Assembly (NCBI RefSeq): GCF_044704955.1
Contig: NC_091991.1
Location: 70,990,001 to 71,054,000, forward strand
Direction of reading: 5' to 3'
From: Pristiophorus japonicus
Taxonomy: Eukaryota
Length of the DNA: 64,000 nucleotides
The stretch's first letter is position 1. The number at the start of each line of letters is the position of its first letter. Shown here piece after piece: positions 1 to 13,740 of the stretch. A program made the translations under genes and the position numbers. Below the pieces are notes generated by a model that saw only the letters and a list, made by a program, of their open reading frames with translations, had not been told where the DNA came from and did not search any database.

Positions 1-2702
1 CGCCATACCCCTTGATCCCCCTAGTAGTAAGGACCTCATCTAACTCCTTTTTGAATATATTTAGTGAATTGGCCTCAACAACTTTCTGTGGTAGAGAATT
101 CCACAGGTTCACCACTCTCTGGGTGAAGAACTTCCTCCGCATCTTGGTCCTAAATGGCTTACCCCTTATCCTTAGACTGTGACCTCTGGTTCTGGACTTC
201 CCAAACATTGGGAACATTCTTCCTGCATCTAACCTGTCTAACCCCGTCAGAATTTTAAATGTTTCTATGAGGTCCACTCTCATTCTTCTGAACTCCAGTG
301 AATACAAGCCCAGTTGATCCAGTCTTTCTTGATAGGTCAGTCCCGCCATCCCGGGAATCAGTCTGGTGAACCTTCGCTGCACTCCCTCAATAGCAAGAAT
401 GTCCTTCCTCAGGTTAGGAGACCAAAACTGTACACAATATTCAAGGTCTGGCCTCACCAATGCCCTGTACAACTGTAGCAACACCTCCCTGCCCCTGTAC
501 TCAAATCCCCTTGCTATGAAGGCCAACATGCCATTTGCTTTCTTAACCGCCTGCTGCACCTGCATGCCAACCTTCAATGACTGATGTACCATGACACCCA
601 GGTCTCTTTGCACCTCCCCTTTTCCTAATCTGTCACCATTCAGATAATAGTCTGTCTCTCTGTTTTTACCACCAAAGTGGATAACCTCACATTTATCCAC
701 ATTATACTTCATCTGCCATGCATTTGCCCACTCACCTAACCTATCCAAGTCGCTCTGCAGCCTCACAGCATCCTCCTCGCAGCTCACACTGCCACCCAAC
801 TTAGTGTCATCCGCAAATTTGGAGATACTACATTTAATCCCCTCATCTAAATCATTAATGTACAGTGTAAACAGCTGGGGCCCCAGCACAGAACCTTGCG
901 GTACCCCACTAGTCACTGCCTGCCATTCTGAAAAATACCCATTTACTCCTACTCTTTGCTTCCTGTCTGACAACCAGTTCTCAATCCATGTCAGTACACT
1001 ACCCCCAATCCCATGTGCTCTAACTTTGCACATCAATCTCTTGTGTGGGACCTTGTCGAACGCCTTCTGAAAGTCCAAATATACCACATCAACTGGTTCT
1101 CCCTTATCCACTCTACTGGAAACATCCTCAAAAAATTCCAGAAGATTTGTCAAGCATGATTTCCCTTTCACAAATCCATGCTGACTTGGACCTATCATGT
1201 CACCTCTTCCCAAATGCACTGCTATGACATCCTTAATAATTGATTCCATCATTTTACCCACTACCGATGTCAGGCTGACCGGTCTATAATTCCCTGTTTT
1301 CTCTCTCCCTCCTTTTTTAAAAAGTGGGGTTACGTTGGCTACCCTCCACTCCATAGGAACTGATCCAGAGTCAATGGAATGTTGGAAAATGACTGTCAAC
1401 GCATCCACTATTTCCAAGGCCACCTCCTTAAGTACTCTGGGATGCAGTCCATCAGATCCTGGGGATTTATCGGCCTTCAATCCCATCAATTTCCCCAACA
1501 CAATTTCCCGGCTAATAAGGATTTCCCTCAGTTCCTCCTCCTTACTAGACCCTCCGACCCCTTTTATAACCGGAAGGTTGTTCGTGTCCTCCTTCGTGAA
1601 TACCGAACCAAAGTACTTGTTCAATTGGTCCGCCATTTCTTTGTTCCCCGTTATGACTTCCCCTGATTCTGACTGCAGGGGACCTACGTTTGTCTTTACT
1701 AACCTTTTTCTCTTTACATATCTATAGAAACTTTTGCAATCCGTCTTAATGTTCCCTGCAAGCTTCTTCTCATACTCCATTTTCCCTGCCCTAATCAAAC
1801 CCTTTGTCCTCCTCTGCTGAGTTCTAAATTTCTCCCAGTCCCCAGGTTCGCTGCTATTTCTGGCCAATTTGTATGTCACTTCCTTGGCTTTAATACTATC
1901 CCTGATTTCCCTTGATAGCCACGGTTGAGCCACCTTCCCTTTTTTATTTTTATGCCAGACAGGAATGTACAATTGTTGTAGTTCATCCATGCGGTCTCTA
2001 AATGTCTGCCATTGCCCATCCACAGTCAACCCCTTAAGTATCATTCGCCAATCCATCCCAGCCAATTCACGCCTCATACCTTCAAAGTTAGCCTTCTTTA
2101 AGTTCTGGACCATGGTCTCTGAATTAACTGCTTCATTCTCCATCCCAATGCAGAATTCCACCATATTATGGTCACTCTTCCCCAAGGGGCCTCGCACAAC
2201 GAGATTGCTAATTAATCCTCTCTCATTACATAACACCCAGTCTAAGATGGCCTCCACCCTAGTTGGTTCCTCGACATATTGGTCTAAAAAACCATCCCTT
2301 ATGCACTCCAGAAAATCCTCCTCCACCGTATTGCTTCCAGTTTGGTTAGCCCAATCTATGTGCATATTAAAGTCACCCATTATAACTGCTGCACCTTTAT
2401 TGCACGCACCCCTAATTTCATGTTTGATGCCCTCCCCAACATCACTACTACTGTTTGGAGGTCTGTACACAACTCCCACTAATGTTTTTTGCCCTTTGGT
2501 GTTCTGCAGCTCTACCCATATAGATTCCACATCATCCAAGCTAATGTCCTTCCTAACTATTGCCTTAATCTCCTCCTTAACCAGCAATGCTACCCCACCT
2601 CCTTTTCCTTTTATTCTATCCTTCCTGAATGTTGAATACCCCTGGATGTTGAGTTCCCAGCCCTGATCATCCTGGAGCCACGTCTCCGTAATCCCAATCA
2701 CA
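1..2702 (-). mobile_element. CR1-clade LINE, family A, 5'-truncated ORF2 (EN C-terminal part plus RT); 3' tail lies outside the window
   Basis: Near-identical to the 34.1-36.8 kb copy; the reverse strand encodes EN (VGVVYRPPNS, GDFN, SDHN) and RT (GVPQGS, FADD) motifs. Confidence 0.92.
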
Positions 2703-3060
2703 TGCAGGAAAAATGTTCCCAATGTTGGGGAAGTCCAGAACCAGGGGACACAGTCTAAGGATAAGGGGGAAGCCATTTAGAACCGAGATGAGGAGGAATT
2801 TCTTCACCCAGAGAGTGGTGAACCTGTGGAATTCTCTACCACAGAAAGTTGTTGAGGCTAATTCGCTAAATATATTCAAAAAGGAGTTAGATGAAGTCCT
2901 TACTACTAGGGGAATCAAGGGGTATGGTGAGAAAGCAGGAATGGGGTACTGAAGTTGCATGTTCAGCCATGAACTCATTGAATGGCGGTGCAGGCTAGAA
3001 GGGCCGAATGGCCTACTCCTGCACCTATTTTCTATGTTTCTATGTTTCTATGTTTCTATG
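2703..3060 (+). mobile_element. CR1 LINE 3' end fragment with (TTTCTATG)n tail
   Basis: ORF 2713-2952 (RTRGHSL..FFTQRVVNLWNSLP) is the CR1 ORF2 C-terminus; 8-mer tandem tail at about 3029-3060. Confidence 0.9.
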
Positions 3061-3134
3061 GTTGTGAATCTTTGGACTTCTCTATCCCAGAGAGCTGTGG
3101 AGGCTGGGTCATTGAATTTTTTCAAGGTGGTAAG

Positions 3135-3455
3135 AGGCGTGGGCCCAGGGGCAGTATGGGCCAGCGCACACTGCGATATGTGTGCGCACTAGGTCGTGCA
3201 GCAGAGCTGGCTTCCAGTCATCTTGGTTAACCCTTGCCACTGGACCAAGACCAAGCTCTATCAAGCCCGTGTGGTGGCTGGTGTGCCAACGACCACCACA
3301 CATTAAAAAAATCCATGCACAGGTATCTTCCACCTTTCAATATGTAGTTCAGGATCTAGAATATTAGGTCCTTCATTGAAACACCTCTGAACTCATTCCT
3401 TTTTGGCATGGAAGCAAGTCATCCTCAATTTGAGGGACTGCCTAAGAAGAAGATC
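3135..3455 (+). mobile_element. Non-coding SINE-like interspersed repeat, copy 1 of at least 4
   Basis: The core ggaccaagac..gctct.tcaagcccgtgtggtggctgg recurs at about 10207, 17631 and 32062; short-repeat tail. Confidence 0.7.
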
Positions 3456-4225
3456 ATCCAGCCTAATCCCACTTTCCAGCTCTTGGTCCAAAGCCTTGTA
3501 GGTTACGGCACATCAAGTGCATATCCAATTACTTTTTAAATGTGGTGAGGGTTTCTGCCTCTTCCACCCATTCAGGCAGTAAGTTCCAGACCACCACCAT
3601 ATTCTGGGTGAAAAAATTCCCCCTCAAATCCCCTCTAAACCTCCCACCAATTACTTTAAATCTCTGCCCCCTGTTTGTTGACCCTTCTGCTAAATGAAAT
3701 AGACCCTTCCTATCCACTTTATCTAAACCCCTCATCATTTTATACACCTCAATAAGGTCCCCCTCATCCTCCTCTGTTCCAAAGAAAACAACCCAAGTCT
3801 ATCAAATCTTTCCTCACAGCTAAAATTCTCCAGTCCAGGCAACATTCTCATAAATCTCCTCAGTACCCTCTCTCGTGCAATCACATCTTTCCTGTAATGT
3901 GGTGACCAGAACTGCACGCAGTACTCCAGTTGTGGCCTAACCAGTGTTTTATACAGCTCAAACATAACCTCCCTGCTCTTGTATTCTATGCCTCAGCTAA
4001 TAAAGGCAAATATTCCGTATACCTTCTTAACCACCTTATCTACCTGGCCTGCTATCTTCAGGGATCTGTGGACATGCACTCCAACGTCCCTTTGTTCCTC
4101 TACACTTCTCAGTGTCCTACCATTTAATGTGTATTCCCTTGCCTTGTTAGCCCTCCCCAAATGAATTACCTCACACTTCTCAGGATTGAATTCCATTTGC
4201 CACTGTTCTGCCCACCTGACCAGGG
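3456..4225 (-). mobile_element. Older CR1 ORF2 3' fragment
   Basis: Frameshifted ORFs 3529-4196 with LVRPQLEYCVQFWSP and FNPEKCEVIH motifs. Confidence 0.85.
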
Positions 4226-4239
4226 TGTTCGGTCATATA

Positions 4240-4537
4240 CAGGTGCAACATCCCAAATCCGGAATTCCAAAAACCAGAATTGTCCAAAAACAGGACATTT
4301 CGGCGAGCGGCGAGGAGCAGAGGATGGCGGGTACCAGAAATCAGGCAAAACCCAGAATCCGGCATGGATTTGGTTTGCGGCGAGGCCCGAAGTCTGGCAA
4401 AACCCGAAATACAGCACAGATTCGGTCCCAAGGATTCCGGATTTCAGACTATTGATTTTCTTGTCTGAAATCCGGCAAAACCCAAAACTCGGCACGGACT
4501 CCATCCTTAGGATTCCAGATTTTAGACATTGTACCTG
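4240..4537. mobile_element. Tc1/mariner-type MITE
   Basis: TA|CAGGTGCAAC...GTACCTG|TA: terminal inverted repeats flanked by TA; termini related to 19421-19787. Confidence 0.8.
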
Positions 4538-4599
4538 TAGTGATTATGTTACTGGACTAGTAGGAAAAAATCATCATAGTAGCATAAGATTTAGATTAG

Positions 4600-5150
4600 C
4601 TATGGAAGATGACAGACAGACTGGTGGAATGGAAGGACACGTGGCAGATTAAATTTAATGCAGAAAAGTGCGAAGTGATACAGTTTGGTAGAAGGAATGA
4701 GGAGAGGAAATATAAACTAAAGGATACAATCCTAAAGTGGGTGCATGAACAGAAAGACCTAGGGGTATATGTGCACAAAATGTTGAAGGTGTCAGGGCAG
4801 ATAGAGAAAGCAGTTAAAAAAAACTTATGGGATCCTGGGCTTCATAAAGAGTACAAAAGGGTGAAAATTATGATGAACCAGAGGACACAAATTTATGTTG
4901 ATTGGCAAAAGAACCAAAGGTGACACAAGAAAAAACTTTTTTATGCAGCGAATGGTTGGAACTGGAACGCGCTGCATGAAAGGGTGGTGGAGGCAGACCC
5001 AATCACGGCTTTCAAAAGGGAGTTGGATAAGTAACTGAAAGAAAACATTTGCAGGGCTAATGGGGAAAGGGCTGGGGTGTGGAACTAGCTCAGGTGCTCT
5101 TGCCGGATGGCATTCTCTCATGCTGTAGCCACTCTATGATTGTATGATAG
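4600..5150 (+). mobile_element. Decayed CR1 3' fragment
   Basis: WQIKFNAEKCEVI and KDLGVYVH motifs followed by a CR1-type 3' UTR. Confidence 0.75.
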
Positions 5151-5379
5151 CAATCCTGTGCCTGGACTAATGATCCAGAGACATGAGTTTAAATCCCACC
5201 ATGGCAGCTGTGGAATTTAAATTCGGTTAATTAAATAAATCTGGAATTAAAAATCTAGTGACCATGAAATTACTGGCTGTAGTATAGATTCCATCTCGTG
5301 AAATACTATGGTAATGCAACTGCTGCTGTAAATACAATAAAAGTCACATGATGTGATGGAGCCATCTTATAAAATTTGT

Positions 5380-5988
5380 GGGCCCGATATTGGTGGCCTT
5401 ATCGCCCATTGCCGCCGACTGCCACCGAGTTTTGCTGCCGAACTGCCCTCTTTGCCATTTTCCACTTGGCTGGAGCAGGCGGGAGAAGAGTACCGCCGGG
5501 AACCACCCACTGACGCCCTCTGGCAGCCAAGTAGCATAAGTGGCCTCCCGACCGCCAAGCTGCCAGATTGGTGAGGGCGGGAGTCGGCGCCAGCAGGGAG
5601 AAGGACCGCTGCATGGAGGCTGTTCTAACCCCGACGGTATGTACGAAGAACGGAAAAAAAGATTAGTGAACATTTTTTTTTAACAGCAACTTACCTGGTT
5701 GGGGTCTCCTGAAGGTGTTGCGGAGTTTTGTTTTTTTTCCATGATTTTTATTTGCAGGTCTTCAACCCTCCCTGAGCCTGACTCCATCCTTGGCGGCACT
5801 TGGGCGGCAAGAGCATTTGCCGCCGAAATTGAGAGCTTCTGCCCGCTACCGCCCAGATTGACAGTGTAAGCCGTTGTTTGGCTTTTAGAGGAATCTTCCA
5901 GGCAAAGTACCGCCCGGTTTCTCGGCGGCCATCGGTGGTCCCTTGGGCAGCACTCGGGCAGGACTTGGGTTCGACCAAGTTCAGGCCC
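5380..5988. mobile_element. PIF/Harbinger-like non-autonomous DNA transposon
   Basis: Imperfect TIRs GGGCCCGATATTGG / CCAAGTTCAGGCCC with a 3-bp TGT duplication on both sides. Confidence 0.65.
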
Positions 5989-6009
5989 TGTGTGTTTACA
6001 TAATAATAT

Positions 6010-8915
6010 AAGAACATAAGAAATAGGAGCAGGTGTAGGCCATTTGCCGCTTGAGTCTGCTCTGCCATTCAGTAAGATCATGCTGATCTAATCCTGGCTT
6101 CAACTCCACTTCCCCGCCCGCTCCGCATAATTCTTGACTCCCTTATCGTTCAAAAATCTATCTATCTCCACCTTAAATATATTCAATGACCCAGCCTCCA
6201 CACTCTCTGGGGTAGAGAATTCCAAAGATTCACAACCCACTGAGAGAAGAAATTTTTCCTCATTTCCCTTTTAAATGGGCGACCCCTTATTCTGAAATGA
6301 TGTTCACTAGTTCTAGATTCCCCACGAGAGGAAGCATCCTCCCTGCATCTACGATGTCAAGCCCCCTCAGAATCTTATACATTTCAATAGGATCACCTCT
6401 CAGTCTTCTGAACTCCAATGAGTATAAGCCCAACCTACTCAACCTTACTCCATATGACAATCCCTTCATCTCAGGAATCTTTGAGGATGTAACGAACAGG
6501 GTGGATAAAGGGGAACCAGTGGATGTGGTGTACTAGGACTTCCAGAAGGCATTTGACAAGGTGCCACATAAAATGTTACTGCACAAGATAAAAGTTCACG
6601 GGATTGGGGGTAATATGTTAGCATGGATAGAGGATTGGCTAGCTAACAGAGAACAGACAGTCAGGATAAATGGTTAATTCTCTGGTTGACAACCAATAAC
6701 TAGTGGGGTGTCGCAGGGATCAGTGCTGGGACCCCAACTATTTACAATTTATATTAACAACTTGGAAGAAGTGACTGAGTGTAATGTAGCCAAGTTTGCT
6801 GACGATATAAAGATGGGAGGAAAAGAAATGTGTGAGGAGGACACAAAAAATATGCAAAAGGACATAGACAGGCTAAGTGAGTGGGCAAAAATTTGGCAGA
6901 TGGAGTATAATGTTGGAAAGTGAGAGGTCAGGCACTTTGGCAGAAAAAAAATCAAAGAGCAAGTTATTATTCAAATGGAAAAGATTGCAAAGTGCCGCAG
7001 TACAGCGGGACCTGGAGGTACTTGTGCATGAAACACAAAAGGATAGTATGGAGGTACAGCAAGTGTTCAGGAAGGCCAATGATATCTTGGCCTTTATTGC
7101 AAAGGGGATGGAGTATAAAAGCAGGGAAGTCTTGCTACAGCTATATAAGGTATTGACGAGGCCACACCTGGAATACTGCATGCAGTTTTGGTTTCCATAT
7201 TTACAAAAGGATATACTTGCTTTGGAGGCAGTTCAGAGAAGGTTCACCAGGTTGATTCCAGGGATGAGGGGGTTGACTTATGAGGAAAGGTTGAGTAGGT
7301 TGGGCCTCTGCTCATTGAAATTCAGAAGATAGGTGATCTTATTGAAATGTATAAGATTATGAGGGGGCTTGACAAGGTGGATGCAGAGAGGATGCTTCCA
7401 CTGATGGGGGAGACTAGAACTAGAGGGCATGATCTTGGAATAAGGGGCTGCCCATTTAAAACAGAGATGAGGAGAAATTTCTTCTCTTAGAGGCTTGTAA
7501 ATCTGTGGAATTTGCTGCCTCAGAGAGCTGTGGAAGCTGGGACATTTAATACATTTAAGACAGAAATAGACAGTTCCTTAAACGATAAGGGGATAAGGGG
7601 TTATGGGGAGCGGGCGGGGAAGTGGAAATGAGTCCATGATCAGATCAGCCATGATCTTACTGAATGGCGGAGCAGGCTCGAGGAGCCGTATGGCCTACTC
7701 TTGTTCCTGTTTCTTATGTTCTTAACCTCATGAACCTTCTCTGAACTGCCTCCAATGCAAGTATATCTTTCCTTAACTAAGACCACAACTGTACGCAGAT
7801 GCAGCAGGACTTCCCTACTTTTATTATCCATCCCCCTTGCAATAAAAGCCAACATTCCATTTGCCTTCCTAATTACTGGCTGTACCTGCATGCTAACTTT
7901 TTGTGTTTCATGTACAAGGACCCCCAGATCCCTCTGTACCGCAGCATTTTGTAATCTCTCCCCATTCAAAGAATAATTGTTTATTTTTCCTACCAAAGTG
8001 GCTAACCTCACATTAAACTCCATCTGTCAAATTTTAGCCCACTCACTTAGCTTATCTATATCCCTTTGCAGATTCTTTGCTTCCTCCTCACAACTTGCTT
8101 TCCCTTCTATCTTTGTATCATCAGAAAATTTTGCTACATTACACTCGGTCCCTTCATCCAAGTCATTAATATAAATTGTAAAGAGTTGAGGCCCCAGCAC
8201 TGATCCCTGTGGCATCCCACTAGTTACAGTTTGCCAACCTGAAAATTACGCATTTATCCCGACTCTCTGTTTTCTGTTGGTTAGCCAATCCTATATCCAC
8301 ATTCATATATTACCCTCAACCCTGTGAGCTCTTATCTTGTGCAGTAACCTTTTATGTGGCACCTTATCAAATGCTTGCTGGAAATCCAAATACATGACAT
8401 CTACTGGTTCCCCTTTATCTACCTGCTCGTTACATCCTGAAAGAACTCTTAGCAAATTTGTCAATCATGATTTCCCCTTCATAAAACCATGCTGACTCTG
8501 CTTGACTGTATTAAGATTTCTAAATGTCTTGCTACTGCTTCCTTAATGATGGACTCCAGCATTTTCCCAATGACAGATGTTAGGCTAACTGGTCTATAGT
8601 TTCCTGCTTTCTGTCTCCCTCCTTTCTTGAATAGGGGTGTTACATTTGCAGTTTTCCAGTCCGCTGGGACCTCTCCAGAATCCAGGGAATTTTGATAGAT
8701 TACAACCAATATCTCTGCAGCCACCTCTTTTAAGATCCTTGGATGCAGGCCATCAAGTCCAGGGGATGTGTCCACCTTCAGTCCCATTAGTTTGCCTAAT
8801 ATTTTTTCTCTAGTGATAGTGATTGTTTTAAATTCCTCCCGCCACCCACCCCCCACCAATAGCCCCTTGATTATCAATTATTGCAATGCTTTTAGTGTCT
8901 TCTACTGTGAAGACT
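6010..8915. mobile_element. Cluster of CR1 family B fragments (minus 6010-6478, plus 6479-7725, minus 7726-8915)
   Basis: RT motifs QGSVLGP, FADD and RPHLEYC; tails aagaacataag and ttcttatgttctta. Confidence 0.88.
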
Positions 8916-9817
8916 GACGCCGTAAAGAATGTATCACTTTGGTGAATGAGGATAGGATAATTGGATTCCCTAGCTGAAATTTTTGTTGGTGGAGAATTCA
9001 GCCGACTGACAAAGCGACTTTGAGAGGTTCTTTGTTTTGCAGAAAAGCTAAAAATTCAAGTAAATTACAAGCACACTTGGCTGAACTGAAGAGTCCAGAT
9101 GGCCATGCCTGTGGGAACAATAGGGCACTTGGGTGAGTTCCATCGCGACCGAGACTAGTTCGGAGCATATGTGGAGCGGCTAGAAATGTTTTTCACCACA
9201 AATAGTATAGTCGATGATGAAAACCATAACCGGGTGGTTTTAGAAAGAAAACGGGCTATTTTCTTGATTGAAGCAGGCCCCAAGGTGTATGAAACCCTGA
9301 AACATGTGCTTGTTTCCATCAAGCCAAAGGACACATCACTGACAGAGATTCAGCACTACAGTCCTGAGCCCCTGGAAATTGCTGAAAGTTATCGTTTTGG
9401 AATACATCAATCAATTGACGTAGGTATCAGTGTGTTAATTGTAAGTTTTAAAAAGCTATCCATTCATTGCAATTTCGGAAACTTTCAGCGCCGAGCATTG
9501 CGTGACTACTTGAACTAAATGAGGAGTCCACGTCATGTTTGACTATAAATATTCATCAAGGCTACCATTTGGAGTGTCTTCCACCCCCACCATATTCCAA
9601 GGAGTGATGAACCAGATTTTGCAAGGCCTTGAATGGGTAGTATGTTATTTAGATGACATACTCATTTCAGCACCAAACAGGCAAATCCATAATTATGTAT
9701 TGAATGAAGTGTTCAAACGGCTAGAGAAGCACAGAGTACGAGTAACTGCTCCCAAGTGTGATTTATTTCAAAACTCAGTGGAGCACTTAGGGCACAGAGT
9801 AGACAATGATGGTTTAC

Positions 9818-10410
9818 ATCAGCAGGCTGGGCCATTAGAGGGAGCAGCGTGCGGCAGCCCGGCCCAGAAATCAACGTGGTACCGGCCTGCAAGACCATTA
9901 GCAAGACGGGCCATCAGAAGGAGCAGCGTGCGGCGGCATGCCACTTCAAGGAGCAGCGCATGCTGCTGCAGGTGGGTGACGTCTGATTGCAGTATGGGCA
10001 GGTACAGCAGGAGTGGCGAGGCAGGGACAAAGGAATGGCAAGAGTTCGTAGAGGAAAGTGACCGGGGCCCAGGAAAGGCAAAATTTCAGGGCCCAGAAGA
10101 GGTGAGGGCCCAGGGATAGCACGGGTCAGCCCACACTGCAATTGTGTGCACACGAGGTTCGTGCAGCAGAGCTAGTCTCCAGTCGTATTGGTTAATCTTT
10201 GCCACTGGACCAAGACCTAGCTCTGTCAAGCCCGTGTGGTAGCTGGGGTGCAACGGCCACCACACGTTAAAAAAATCCACGCACAGGTGTCTTCCACCCT
10301 TCAGGATGTAGTTCGGGATCCGGAATATCATTGAAACACCTGTGAACTCATCCGTCGGCGTGGAAACAAGTCATCCTCGTTTCAAGGGACTGCCTATAGT
10401 GATATGGTGA
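9818..10410 (+). mobile_element. SINE-like repeat (same family as 3135-3455) inserted in the Gypsy RT
   Basis: The Gypsy frame breaks after ..DGLH and resumes near 10415; (GAT)n-like tail. Confidence 0.7.
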
Positions 10411-11574
10411 TGATGACATCCAACCAAAAGAAAGCTGGATGCAATCAGAAATGCACCCACTCCCAAGAATGTCACTGAACTCATTTTTGGGTCTTTTGAA
10501 CTATTATGGGAAGTTCCTACCAAATTTGGCTACAGTATTACATCCACTGAATGAGCTGTTGAAAAAACAAGTCAATTGGAAGTGGTCAGAAGAATGCGAC
10601 ACGGCATTCAAGGAGCGTAGAAGCCAGTTGGTAGAGAGTACCATGTTAGTTCACTATGACATATCTAAGGAGATCAAGCTGATGCCTCTCCGTATGGAGT
10701 TCGGGCCATGATCTCTCATGTACTACATAGTGGGGAGGAGAGACCAATTGCTTTTGCTTTACGCATTCTCAGTGCCAGTGAGCGTAATTATGCGCAGATC
10801 AAAAGGTAATCTTTGCCATTGATTTTTGGGGTCAAGACGTTCCACAAATACTTGTATGGTCGTATATTTACCATCGTTACTGACTTAAGCCCCTGACAGC
10901 AATTCTCCGACCAAAGTCCCCGGGTCTAACCTTAGCTAAGCCTGAAAGCAGAGATGGTTGATTTTGTCAGCATATGCATATGACATTGAGTACAGATGAT
11001 CAGCTGATCACAGTAATGCTGATCAGGTTGCCATCCCCATCACAGGTTACACCTAATAGGGAAGAAGTGTTCTATTTTACATTCATTGATGAACTGCCAG
11101 TCACAGTTGAAGAGATTGGTAGAGCAACCAAACGTGACCCAGTTATGTCAAAGGTGTATGATTACATAGCAAATGGCTGGGCAAACCATGTATCAGAGGA
11201 AGGTATTCATCTATACTTCATTCGTAGGAATGAATTATCAGTGAATAAAAATTGTATCATATGGGGTGCAAGAGTAGTTATTCCAAGTAAGTTCAGGTCC
11301 AAATTGTTAGATCTTCATGTTCAAGCATATTCCCAGGTGCTGGTCAAGAGTTTTGCACACAGTTACTTATGGTGGCCAGATCTAGCTAAAGATATAGAGT
11401 ACATCTTTAGTCAGTGTACAACATCAATCGGTAAGCAAAAAACCATCACCAGTCTCATTACAGCCATGGAAATGGCCTCCCAGGGTGTGGCAAAGGTTAT
11501 ATGTAGATTTTGCTGAGCTAGAAGGACAGCAATTGTTCACTGTGATTGATAGTCATTCAAAGTGGGTAGGGGCA

Positions 11575-12968
11575 AAAATCGCCCCTATTTTAAAAAGGAG
11601 GCAGACAGAAAGCAGGAAACTACAGACCAGTTAGCTTAACATCTGTCATTGGGAAAATGCTGGAGTCCATTATTAAGGATGCAGTAGCGGGACATTTGGA
11701 AAAGCATGATTCAATCAAGCAGAGTTAACATGGTTTTGTGAAAGGGAAATCATGTTTGACAAATTTGCTGGAGTTCTTTGAGGATGTAATGAGCAGGGTG
11801 GATATGGGGAATGTGGCGTATTTGGATTTCCAGAAGGCATTTGATAAGGTGCCACAAAAAAGGTTGCTACATAAGATAAAAGTTCACAGGGTTGGGAGTA
11901 ATATATTAGCATTGGTAGAGGATTGGCTAACTAACAGAAAACAGAGAGTTGGGATAAATGGGTCATTTTCCAGTTGGCAAACAGTAACCAGTGGGGTGCC
12001 GTAGGGATCGGTGCTGGGGCCTCAACTATTTATGATCTATATTAATGACTTGGATGAAGGAGCCGAGTGTAATGTAGCCAAGTTTGCTGATCATACAAAG
12101 ATGGGTGGGAGAGCAAATTGTGAGGACGATGCAATAAATCTGCAACGGGATATAGACAGGCTATGTGAATGGGCAGATGGAATATAATGTGGGAAAGTGT
12201 GAGGTTATCCACATTGGCAGAAAAAATAGAAAAGCAAATGACTATTTAAATGGAGAAAAATTGCAAAGTGCTGCAGTACAGAGGGACCTGGGGGTCCTTG
12301 TGCGTGAAACACAAAAAGTTAGTATGCAGGTGCAGTAAATAATCAGGAAGGCAAATGGAATGTTGGCCTTTATTGCAAGGGGGATGGAATATAAAAGCAG
12401 AGAAGCCCTGCTACAACTGTACAGGGTATTGGTGAGGCCACATCTGGAGTACTGCGTACAGTTTTGGTCTCCGTATTTAAGGAAGGATATACTTGCATTG
12501 GAGGCTGTTCAGAGAAGGTTCACTAGGTTGATACCGGAGATGAGGAGGTTGAGTTATGAAGATAGGTTGAGTAGGTTGGGCCTATACTCATTGGAGTTCA
12601 AAAGAATGAGAGGTGATCTTATCAAAGCATACAAGATAATGAAGGGGCTCGACAAGGTGGATGCAGAGAGGATATTTCCACTCATAGGGGAAACTAAAAC
12701 TAGGGGACCTAGTCTCAGAATAACAGGTCGCCCATTTAAAACTGAGATGAGGCGGCATTTCTTCTCTCAAAGGGTTGTAAATCTGTGGAATTTTCTGCCC
12801 CCAGAGAGCTGTGGAGCTTGGGTCATTGAATATATTTAAGGCGGAGATAGACAGATTTTTGATAAGGAAATAAAGGGTACGGGGAGTGGGCAGGGAAGTG
12901 GAGCGGAGTCCGTGATCAGATCAGGCTCGAGGGGCTAAATAACGTACTCCTACTCCTATTTCTTATGA
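11575..12968 (+). mobile_element. CR1 family B, 5'-truncated, inserted in the Gypsy integrase
   Basis: ORFs 11738-12004 and 12360-12839 are CR1 RT and C-terminus; integrase sequence resumes at about 12970. Confidence 0.88.
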
Positions 12969-13740
12969 TGCGGAAAATAACAAGTAAAACACTAGATAAC
13001 TTGCGAAGATTGTTTTCTTCATATAGCCTCCCAGAAGAAATTGTGTCTGATAATGGGCCGCAATTTTGTTCAGAAGAATTTGCACAGTTCATGAGCTGAA
13101 ATGGTGTGAAACATACCATTCCACTGTACCTCCCTGCTTCAAATGGTACAGCAGAGCGCACAGTACAACTTGGAAAACATGTTCTCATCAAGCAAATGTT
13201 GGATCCAAATCCAAAGAAACGGCAGTTGTCGTTGGACCACAAACTGGCAAATTTTCTGATAAATTAACGTAATACTCCTCATACAACTACTGGTAGAACA
13301 CCAGCAGAGTTGTTTCTCAAACGACAGCCACGAACCATTTTCTCGTTGTTAAAGCCGAACTTGGCAGTCAGTAGAAGAGAAACAATTAAGACAGAAAGAG
13401 AATCATGATAGAGGTAGAGTGAGAGAGTGAAGTATGAAATTGAATCAGAAGGTTAGAGTGAAGAACCATCACCAGAAATGATTAAAGTAGTTACCAAGAT
13501 GAGCTGTGAGGATATGTGGCCCTCGCACATATTTGGTCAAGATGTTTCATAATGGTAAGATTAGGTTTATTCATATCGATCATATTTTACCCACATATGT
13601 GGAAGGAGTTGAAAGTTGGAATTAAATTGTAGTGTCAAAATGCAGACCAAGGCTTGCCCTTGGAGGAAAACTCTCCTCAGCATCAGCCTAGAATGAGTCT
13701 AAGTTCAACACCAAGTTTGGAAAGTTCTGTTTGAGAACGC

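Noticed and set aside
366-2666. Plus-strand ORFs of up to 233 aa (also at 34.5-37 kb and 43.2-43.8 kb)
   Set aside because: Antisense shadows of CR1 ORF2.
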